Both the position numbers and the translations under genes were made by a program. Of a stretch of 64,000 nucleotides of DNA, positions 53,211 to 64,000 are shown one piece after another. The stretch is from positions 7,182,213-7,246,212 of the forward strand of contig OZ234493.1 in NCBI GenBank assembly GCA_965153455.1, in the 5' to 3' direction. The stretch is from Sphagnum compactum. Lineage: Eukaryota. The notes beneath the pieces are model-generated. The model worked only from the letters and a program-made list of their open reading frames with translations. It was not told the DNA's origin and did no database searches. The first letter of the stretch is position 1, and the number at the start of each line of letters is the position of its first letter.

Positions 53211-53475
53211 GGTATTGGGTCCAAGACTGATTTTTGGCTGGTATTATGAGGCAGGTTTAGGGTTTAAGGGTTTTGAAACTGGATCCTTGGAATTTGGTAT
53301 TGGGTCCAAGACTGATTTTTGGCTGGTATATTATGAGGGCAGGTTTAGGGTTGAAGGGTTTTGAAACTGGATCCTTCGAACTTGGTATTGGGTCCAAGAC
53401 TGATTTTTGGCTGGTATTATGAGGCAGGTTTAGGGTTTAAGGGTTTTGAAACTGGATCCTTCGAATGGGTATTGA
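53211..53475 (+). repeat. Tandem repeat, 3 near-identical copies of an ~85-bp unit with a telomere-like core
   Basis: GGTATTGGGTCCAAGACTGATTTTTGGCTGGTATTATGAGGCAGGTTTAGGGTTTAAGGGTTTTGAAACTGGATCCTT starts at 53211, 53296 and 53384, with a partial fourth start at ~53468. Confidence 0.92.
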
Positions 53476-56400
53476 CAACATAATGCAATTGATTACCTCC
53501 TATTCTGATCAAAGTCCATTCAGATCATAGTCATCAGATTGATACATAAAATTTTCTTAATTGGCTACCCTTATTCCTGATTTCCTTCTGGGACCTATTT
53601 TATTTTTGAAGACAAATATACCAAGACTAGACTCGTATGTAATATAAGCCACTAGGAATGATGCAAACCCTTACATTTTTCCAAAAGAAACTATACAAGT
53701 AGAAACCTTAAAGCTATGGCACCTTTCACATTGCAAATCAACATATCATTTTCAAAATCTCATTATGTAATGAGTTTTTTCTAACTTCCACAACAAACAA
53801 CAAGAAATCTAGTCATCTTTGATTTCCAAATGTTTATTATCATTTTTGTTTGAATGGGGACCTTGTTTCTCCATAGGTTTATTCTTCCATCTCTCTTTTC
53901 TTGGGACCAATTTGTAAGCTTCAAAATGCATACAAAATCTTAGTGGTAACAAACCTTGTATTCCAAATAGCAAGTACCGCTTATCCATCTTCCCCAACAA
54001 TGAATTTCTTTGGATGTTAATTTTTGTGTGCGTCAAGATTATACATACCTTCTGCAAATCATTTGTTACTAATGTAGCTTGTGTTGTTGGCCCAAGTGTG
54101 AACTAGTTACCTAACTAATTTCTCCTTCCAAATCCATTTTTTTGCAATTTAATCAAATTTCTAATGAAAAAATGTTTTCAAAATATAATATTTCTTACAC
54201 CTTAACTCTAAAAGTTTCAAAATTGCCTTCATTAAATCATATTCATTAGGGGCTTTTCAAAAATACCAAGAGTGCACTTAAGTTCCCATATAATTTTTAT
54301 TTTTATCTAAGTGAATTTTCAATGACAAAATTGTTCAATATTGATAAACCTCTCCGTTGTAGGTCAAAACATTGTGAAGCCAACTTGCTGCACTCGTATT
54401 CATGGAGGGCTTTCCAATAGTACCAAGAATGTGGCAAGAGGCACAATGGTTTGGTTTGATTCTAGCTTCCATTTGAAGGGTGAAAACACATTAAGGCCCC
54501 CTAAAATTGTAGTCACACATATAATACCTTTATAAAGAAAGATTTGGTAATGTATGGACATCACATTGTGGATTTTTTTGCTTGTTTTTAGTCTATTTGG
54601 TTAGCTTTAGACTTCATCTAATCAATTATTTTTAAAAATTCAATAAACATTGAAAATTTTGAACGTATAAAATATATTTGTGACAAATTAATATTCGTCA
54701 CAAAGTTTGAAATTTTGAATATATACTTCAAAACTAGGGTTGTGGATGGAATTCTTGGGTGAAATTTTTTATGATGTATGATATTGATATACATCAATTA
54801 AATTTAGAACAATTTGAAAATTTAAAGTTTTTAGATGAAATTTTATTCAAGAAATGTGTTTTTGTGCATTTGTTTAATAATGAATGCATAATAATATTTT
54901 ATTTTTAGGAGAAAACCACTACCATATCAAAGAGGAGGATATTTTATAGATGGGCATTGCATTTTTTTTCAATTTTCTTTTGTTTGGTAATGTTTCATAA
55001 TCATAAACATGAGGCCTTATGGCCGTTACAAAATTATAAGTTATATACTTTATGTACATTGATTTTATCCAATCCTCCTCATCTAATCGTTGGATCAAAA
55101 TGAATTTTGATTCAAAATGAACTTTGAATTCAAAAATATTGTTGTGTAAATTTAAAAAAATTTACTTATGTTTAGGATAACCACAAAATGTTTTCAAGAT
55201 TTTAACTTATTGCGTCCTATAATACTTGTTATACATCACCTTTTTTTGAACAAAAATGGTTCACCCTTAGTGTGCTTTCACCCTGAAAGCAATGATAGGT
55301 TCATTGGATGACATATGAGTAATGAAAGTAAGAAAGTTAAATCTTCCATCTTAAAACGATATTAAGAAAAACTTACAAAATGAACCATAAATAAGGTGGA
55401 ACTACTTGGGGGAAATGAAATAATGGATGATATTTGATTCAAAGAAGTTGAGAATAATCATGCATGATTTATGTCTTAGAAAAAATGTGTTATATATATA
55501 TATATATATGAATATTTTGATTATTTTACCTTTCATCTTAAAATAAGGATAGATTCATTGAATGATATGTGGATGTTATCATGATAACATGTATTATGAC
55601 ACTTGTAACTAATGTTGCAAGTTTTAATATGTTTATATGATATATTTTAATACTCTATTGAAATGATTTGAAATGAATTTAATGACTATAAAATATTCAA
55701 AAGCATTTTCTAAATAGTCTAACAAATATTTTCATTGCTTAATTATTTTTAAATGATTTAAAAATAATTTGAAAATCACATAACCATGAACAATAACTAG
55801 GTTCAACTATACACAATTACAAATGTGACAATTGTTTTTTGCTTTGGTCATAAATATGTTTTGTTATTATATAAGTCATGAATTTTGTGGAGGTGACCTT
55901 TGTGGGCAACAAAAATGCCAGCTCCATAGGCAAGCGCATAATTGTTTAATTGAGATGTCAAATGATGTGTCAAATGAAGGCATCATTGCTTTAGGGTTTG
56001 CATTTTCATTTTGTTACAAAGAGAAATAAGGTTGAATTTTATGGGTTCTTTTGTTTTGGGTCTTGGTTTGTTCATGTGTTGGGTTTTGATTTTGTTTGTG
56101 ATTGTTGTTCATAGAATTTTGCAAAAGCATTTGAGTACTTGTGATCTTTATTTTGTGAAGGTTTTGAAAATTGATTAATGCAAGTATCAACAATAACATT
56201 CTTGCAAAGGCAACAAAAGAATATTTGTGTAGCAAATTCAAATTTGATTATCATGTGTGAAGAGATGCAAATTTTATGGGTCATTGTTGGATGTGTGGTT
56301 CTTTAAATCAAGAAATGGAGATGATTGGAGGTTACAAACAAAAATAATTTTTTTTATGTTCAAATTTGTTTTTGAAACCCATTTTTTTAAAGTATTCATT

Positions 56401-59400
56401 TTTGTTTTGTTGTAATGATAAGTTAAATAGTTATAAACAAATTCATGAGTGCAAATTTGGTCCAATACAATTTACAAAAAAAGAGAACTAGTTTTGTTCT
56501 TGTAAAGTCTACAACCATGGAGAACTTTGGACATCTCATTAAATTGTGATTTGTTTGATGAAACCTTTTGTGTGTTCAATTCATAGAGTTTGATTCTCAG
56601 TTTCAAAACATGGTGTGAACACTTGGTTTCATTCCATATTTTGCAAGAAGGCACACATTCGAAAAGAGGTGAGATATATGATGGCTTTTAATTCCAAGAA
56701 AAGAATTTTGATTGCTTGTTATTGGTTGTGAACTTAAAAAAAGGTGACAATCACAAATTGTCACATAGGTGGATGACTTAAAAAACTTCATGCATATACA
56801 TAGTTATCCCATCAATCTTACAAGGTGCTTAGAAGATGTAATTGAGTGCATGGGCTTAATCACTATCATTAACTTACTAGGTATAGACCATGGCTTGTTA
56901 TGTTATGCATATATGTGTGATGAATTAAGACTTGTATTGCATGGGAGTTGAATTCATGTTTTTGAAGATCCAGGCTCTATAATGTTAAGGTGTTGCCAAG
57001 GTCTATGTGATGTTCTTATGACCTTCCATAATTGTAACCTTCATACACCACATTTTGTACCATACCTTAACCTTAACCTAATAAATGTCAAACAACCCAC
57101 ACAAGCATGACATGTGGCACACAAAAAAACTATTAGAAGCACAAATTTTAACCTTAAAAACCTCCCACAATAAGACATGGAAGATAATTACCATGTGAAA
57201 ATCACCAAACACAAACCTTAAAACCTTAAAATGTTTTTAAATGATGCATAGCAACACAAGGCACAAGCAATTTTATGGGAACCTTAACCCTAAAACCATC
57301 CCTGACATTTCCCAACCTAACAAGTGTCAATCGAACCTTAAACCCTAAATCCTCTACACCAATTAAATTGTTAACATGTGACAAATCAAGATTTTGCCCC
57401 TTGAAAATGAAGCCCCAAAATATTCCCAAATTAACATGTGTTAAAAAAGGTATCATTTAAGTTCCTTTGACCACAACACATGCTAATGTTGGGATTGTTC
57501 AAAAAAGACAACTTATATATATTGGCTAGCATTTTTTTAATTTAAAATGTTTATATTCAAACAAGGGCCATATGTCAACATTCCATTTGTTCCTTTTGTT
57601 ACACGTGGAAGGTTTTAAGTGCGCATCCCTATAATCACATAGAAGTCATAGAAGTTGTATAAACCATATGAATATGGATAAAACCATATAAGTTGAATGT
57701 TCATCTAACCCCAACTAATTGCATTTCTCATTTGTACCTGTGTCACATGCAAGTTAATTAAGGTGCTTAGGTAGTTTTTAGTTACAAATGGCATATATGA
57801 TTAAAAAATAATTTCACATGACAATTGTAATGTTTGGACTTTTCTTCTAATGTAGATTTGTAGGTTGAAACCAATTAAATTTGCCTAATGTTGTTAACTT
57901 TTCACCTTTTTGCCTAATCCTTAGTGCAACATAAAAAAAACAAAATCATTTTTTTGCCGAGTCATTTTCAAGGCCTCAACAAGGAATTTTGATTGTTCAT
58001 CCTATTTTTAAAAATAAATAGTCATTGTGAAAACTAGTATCTTCATTAGGTAGTTTCTTCTTCTAATTTGTACATCTTTTGATATGTGATAAGACTTTTT
58101 TGGCCCAAAACCAACTACACGAATAGCCCTAAAATTATAAATATTTTCATTGTTATTGCTTTTTTTTTCTTCTCCCTTTTTTTCCTTAAGGTGGCCCATT
58201 TTTTTTTGAAGGAAGGGAACAACCATATGCCCCATTTAAAAAATTTGAAACCAAACTCCATTGTTTTTTTTTTGTCAGTTTCCAATTCATGGATGGATGT
58301 TGTGAAATTTTGCAAGCATTCAATATGGCCCCAATCAAGACCACCAATTATGAAACCTTATTCCAAAAACTAAAACATGACCTCATCAATTCCACCCCAC
58401 CACCAATGGACAAACACCTAGAAAAGAAGAATGGACCTACCACCAAACCGACACCCAATTTCATTTCCTAAATGTGTGTGTATATAAAGGCTATGTTAGG
58501 ACCTTACCTCAATCTCCTTAATGGAAGCCAAATGGTTCATTGATAGTTAAGTGGTTAACAAAAAGAAAATTTTCAAGGACCATGGTAAAATGTCAACCCC
58601 CAATATTGGTCCTCCTAGTTACTAATCCTTTCCACCTTCCAAATTAATTCATTTGGTGTTTTATTTGCATGCATGCAAATTCATTTCCATTTCATCTATC
58701 TTATTACATGACATGCAAAATTGTTCATGGATGTCTTGCACATCCCTTAATAGAAACCAAAAAAAAGGACGAGCATGATGTACACAACCATGGGCTAAAT
58801 TTGTAAAGCCATGTTCAACAAACCTTTGCATTGTACCAAATGGTTTCGCTCATCATCGATTTCAAGATCATTGACATTTGGTCCAACATGTTCTTCAACT
58901 AGACCAAACAACTATTTGAAAACCTACAAAACATTGACAAACTACCTATGCATGTGACCAAAAAATTTGATTCCTTGACCACCAACACTAGTGATGTCTT
59001 TGACCTAAAGGCATTAATCTCAACACTAGACCCACAAGGCTAGAAAAGAAAAATAGGCCCCACCAATGAAGCAACATCATCACCACATGTACACAATCAC
59101 ATGTATACTCTCAAATTATATTTACATTAGGTAGGACATTGACCTATTATGCAAGTTCTAACAACATCGTGCAAAATTATTATTTCACATGCAATCTATG
59201 TGAGAAATTTTCAACCTTTCGTGAGAAAAATCACTTTTTATTGGATGTGGTTTTCAATAACTTCCATCAATACATAACCAATAGATTTGAATATACACAT
59301 GTAGCCACATTATAAACCATTGGACTTGATGGCGATAATAACTTAAGAGGCATATTATTGTCGAAACACAAGTACTAGAAACTTCATCAATGATACATTT

Positions 59401-59940
59401 CGTAACAAATTTTAAAACTAAATTTGTGAAATTAGGCCTTACCCATGTTGACAATTTGCATCTATTCATCTGCATTTCCATTACACTCCTTGGTTTCCCC
59501 TAGCCAATCCCATGCCTTGACATCCACATTGCAAACCACATTTTCAATTCTCAACCCCACCAACTAAACCCATCACTTGACTTTCCTTTAGACTTCTCTT
59601 GTATCATAAAACAAAATAAAATTGGTAGAAAGGAAGGGGAGTTTGTGAGAAAGTTGTGATAAAAGTTGATGCTAAAAGAGAACACAATTTTCCCTTAGAC
59701 TTCTATTGTATTAGAAAACAAAAGAAAATCAATATAGAGAAAAGACCAAAACGGGGAGTAGCTAACTTGGACACTTGTGTTTGTGCAAATTATTGAAGAT
59801 GGCGATGGCCAATGAAACCCTAAGAGAGCAAACGACGATGAGGACGTTGACATCTTTAGAGTGACGGTTAGGTGACACGCCTCTTTGCGTTGGGTTCGTG
59901 TTAGTACCACTTGACGGTGACACATCAAGGCAACGAGTTG

Positions 59941-60126
59941 AAACCCAATGCATGGTGAATCGCCTTCAAGGTGACAAGATGTCACCAAGGGCACAACAAA
60001 GAGGTTGTTTTAAGGTAAGATGGAACCCAAGTGAGAACCCAATGTGTGGTAAGTCACCTTCAAGGTGGCAAGAAGTCACCAAGGGAGCAAAAAATGGTTG
60101 CTTCAAGTAAGATGGAACCCAAGTGT
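59941..60126 (+). repeat. Diverged tandem duplication of an ~93-bp unit inside a GC-richer intergenic segment
   Basis: AACCCAATG..TGGT....C.CCTTCAAGGTG.CAAGA.GTCACCAAGGG...GGTTG....AAG.TAAGATGGAACCCAAGTG occurs twice, at ~59941 and ~60035. Confidence 0.8.
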
Positions 60127-62266
60127 GAGTAGTCAAAGCAACTCACCACAAGGCGACTTGGTGTTGCCTAGGGGTGAAATGTTTAGCTCCCAAGGTAGGA
60201 CCTCAAAGTGGTTGTTGGCCTACAAGACTTGGTGAAAGTGACTAAGTGCAAAAAGGCCCTAGAGTATTGAGAAGGTCCACAATGAATCTAAACCCATAAC
60301 TCTAATAATGAGTTAGGACTTAGAACAACTCTTTTGTCTAACGAACAAGTTGGGATGTGAGGTTTCAATCATGTGCTCTCATGGGTTGCATGTGGAGTTA
60401 ATTAGGAGTGCGACTTGAGACTCAAGAAAAGCACAATATGTTTAAATGAGTTTTGGGCATGAAAACTGATATCAAAACACTCGATAGTCCATCGCTTTCT
60501 ATAACCAATCCCAATATTCTACAATTACCCTAAATAACTAACTTTACTTTGTAAGCAATCACCTAAATGGCCAACTATGGCCTTTTTGTTATGATTGCAC
60601 CCATGTGGATTGCTATTTGTGAAAACAAAAAAGATAGTCTATAACATGGGTTTGAAGAAAATGAAAATTTTGAGAAAGTTGAATATTCTTCGTTCCTTTT
60701 TTTTTTATATTCTACCTTCCATCTTCCGACAACAAAAGTTGGAGAATGGATGAAAAGGAAAAAATGGAATTAATAATGTTTAAACATTCAGAGGATATCT
60801 AAGCCACAAGGAAATAGAGAACTGAATTTGATACTGGATGATATATGGGTCTACAAAATTGAAAGCATCCAAGAAAATTTATTTTAAGATAAATAATAAA
60901 TGAAATGAATGCCTAGAATAATGGGATTCAACAAAACTTACATATATATATATATATATATAATAACATGCAGAAATATTGTGGCAGAGTATTCCCTCTT
61001 CTTTTTTCAGATTTTGGTGAAATTCTGCACACAAAGAAACACTGCCAGCATTAGTAGCTCTTTCTAAAAACTAAGAAACAGGGATATCATGATGTACTAT
61101 CTCATCTACAAACATCTTCACTAGGCATAACAAATAAATAATTGGGAGAAGAATTTGAGTTAATAAAAAGTTTCCAAAAAATTGGACTCATATGTGAAGA
61201 TGCAAAAGCTAGCTTAACCAATTGCACAATTAATTAGCAATTGACAACACCAAGACAAACTGGGAAAACACAAGAATCAATTTATCCAGCAGAAAATCTA
61301 GTCAAAAAGACAAATATGTGGCTTTACCTACCTTGAAGTTGTGGAAGGAGTCCATAGACCATATCTCATTCTGCTTTTTCACCAAACAAGTTAAGGGCTC
61401 TCCCTAGAGCCACCGACAAGAGTCTGCAATGACAAGAACTCAAAACATGAAATTTTACTCATATCATATCAACAAAAAATATTCACTAAAACTTTCATTC
61501 CTGCTTCCAAATCTGAAAGGTAAAAAAATTGCAACAAAAAGGGGGAAGATTGTCAGCGTTAGAAGTTGAGAGGTTCAAGAACTCAATGAACAAGAAAGAA
61601 GCTAACTGACAACTTGACTCCAACCACATGGATGAGAACAGGGCCCTGAGAAAGTTATAAGGTCATAGAGAGTGACTAGTGCAGCATTCAAGGCTGAACT
61701 TCCTCATACCATTCTAGAAACTTTCACTGCTCTTCAAATGAAGGGCATGATGATTTATATCCCCACCCTTCGAGGCTTTGCATGATGGGCACACTCCAAA
61801 TCTAATCTCTAGAAGACCACCCTTACAATCAGATATTTGCCTGTGCAAAATATACAAGCTCAGAAACTCAAAACCACTAAGATAGATGTAGCTAATGAGC
61901 ATATGTCTGCTAAGTAACACAATGCCATCTTCAATAATAAACTGCACTTACTATACTCCCATACCCACATGTCTGCTACATGTCATGGGACATTCTGATG
62001 CAATCCAGAATCACAGAATTTCCTTATCAACAGCCTGCAATCCAACAGGAAGTATATGCTCAAGAGATGAAAGGTGTATGGCTCTTGCAAGATGGCAAAT
62101 TGTGATTTGTAACAGAATCACTCTTGTGCACCCTCAAGTCTACGCTTTCAAGTCAGAAATGAAACCAAGCCTGCTTCTGTCTGAATACACAAGGGAAGAT
62201 ACACTGAAGTGGTCACCTACTCCATGAAAACCTTCAATAAAGCAATTGGAAGCCTGTTGCCAGACC

Positions 62267-63988
62267 TCAATGAACTTGAGATTCTAGCAACAAATTTGTT
62301 GCAGTTGCCATGTCATTTCTGGCAATTGCTAATGCTTGCAGTGCATCCTCCCGTATGAAACCCATAGCAACAAGTGTTGACACTGATTCTTCAGGAGGTG
62401 GCAACAGCGCACTCAGGGGGGGGGCTGTCGCCACAAACCGATTCTGCAAACCATCATAGACATCATCTCACACCACATCTTACAGAAGCAGCTGACAAAG
62501 AATAAAGAAGAAACTGATCCCTGTAACAGTGCAGTGAGGGTATTCATTCTGTGGGACAACATTAGAACTCTGCATACCTGAAAAGCCTGACCAGGAGGAG
62601 CAGCATTTGTAGCCTCTCTGCTGGCGTTAGCTCTACCATTGGTGGATGGTGAAGATACACCAGACATGAATGGTGAAAATAATTGGGCTGTTGCAGCAGC
62701 TAGCCCCTCTGGGAACTGCAAGACCGAAATCACTATCACCATCTACATAATTATATTGTGATGATACACCTCCTAAGATTGACAGCAGAGAGCATGACAA
62801 ATGTGGGTCAGACTGTATTGAGTCTTGCATACCTTTGCTCTTCGAATTCGCAGAACATTTGACTTATATATGAACCCTGCTATCATCCCACAAATGCCTG
62901 GAACAAGTGATCGCTTCCATGATGACAACAAGAGCTGAAGAAACACCCCACCATTCCCATGGACAAAGAGATAGTAAGGATACTTCAACTGTAATGAAGT
63001 CCAAAAGCCTTGGTAGCCATTGCTTCCCTAAATTATGAGCATAGAAAGGGCTACTAAATCAATCAATATTTTGGAAAGATACTACAAGGATGTGCAGTGT
63101 ACCTGCAAGCCTGCAAGGTAGACAAATGACTTGTCTGAGAAGTGCACACCAAAAACCTTGAACCTAGTGGAGATTGGGATGTCAAAGAAGAAGGGAACAA
63201 AGGATGCAAATATCAAGCCATATGGTCCTGGGGTCAAGGATATGCCTGACAGTAACCTTGTGTCTGCAAGTTTAAAATGCCATTAAACTCTTCAGAATCC
63301 ATCTGCTTCTAACTCAAAGTAGTGCTGGCAATTGAAGCAGAGTGCATGGTGCTTGTGCACAAGTCCATAAAGCTGTAAATTCACCATCATCTGCCAATTG
63401 AAAGCTAGATACTCAAGTGACCATGTGCTTGTGAAAGAACATGGCAATGAAGCCCAAAAAACAGAGCACAGGATAACCAATCCTCCTACAATGTTAAGAC
63501 CGTACAAATAAAATGTTCCACTTTGCAACAGATACATAAAAGTTGACAAAAGTTGAGTATCCGATACCTCTAAATGCAGCCAATGTGACTACCTCCAAAA
63601 TGGTTGTGAAAGCTGTTGAAAACAAGAGAAAGACCTGGCAGGTCCACCTGCCAAAAGTTAATGCCCCACACTACAAGGCAATCTATATTGGAAAACTTAA
63701 CATAGTATCCATTACTAAATTCTGACTACAAAACAAAATTGATATAAGGAGCACATACACAATCTACATGTAGACAAATAGCATCTGTATCTGGATGAAA
63801 CAACATCATTAATACTGAAGAGTGTTGTGCAGTTAAGAGGTGTGCACCAAATATTTGTTTGACCCAATTTGTCGCTCAAAGACTCGGAAAAAGTACGCCA
63901 AGTACAATCCAAACAAGAGCTCTGGTGTCGATGAAAACACACATGGTGATGTGACCAAACGCCACAATTCCAGCTTCTGCACAACTTT
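62267..63988 (-). CDS. Rhomboid-like / UBAC2-type membrane protein with C-terminal UBA domain (RBL18/RBL20-like), 3' part; first exon(s) beyond the right edge
   Basis: GT-AG exons 63988-63848, 63634-63568, 63263-63103, 62934-62833, 62715-62578 and 62443-62267 join in frame. They give [43 protein letters not shown]...[58 protein letters not shown]..., ending in the UBA domain [39 protein letters not shown]. Confidence 0.92.
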
Positions 63989-64000
63989 CTGTTGCTCCAC

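Overview
Eukaryotic land-plant nuclear DNA. A bryophyte such as a Sphagnum-like peat moss is inferred from gene style, the EMS1 sequence, interstitial TTTAGGG motifs and AT-rich, CG/CHG-depleted transposon debris. Four spliced protein-coding genes can be reconstructed by hand. (1) An RWP-RK transcription factor on the minus strand (2174 to <112) runs off the left edge. (2) A complete bystin/ENP1 gene (16806-20864, 12 coding exons) has a last intron that is a minor-spliceosome U12 AT-AC intron. (3) A complete EMS1/EXS-type LRR receptor kinase (47804-52302, about 1450 aa, about 36 LRRs) has one intron in the ectodomain. (4) A rhomboid-like/UBAC2-type UBA-domain protein on the minus strand (>63988 to 62267) runs off the right edge. 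Between them lie degraded hAT, PIF/Harbinger-like and Copia relics, a 1.2-kb 13-bp minisatellite embedded in a composite element with a tRNA-like head, several short tandem duplications and a dispersed non-autonomous repeat family. The most notable unexplained items are the U12 intron, a structured motif duplicated in two bystin introns, a gene-like but non-coding island at about 23.7-27.2 kb with a long fold-back, and a triplicated module upstream of EMS1. I found no convincing evidence for a wholly new multi-gene system.
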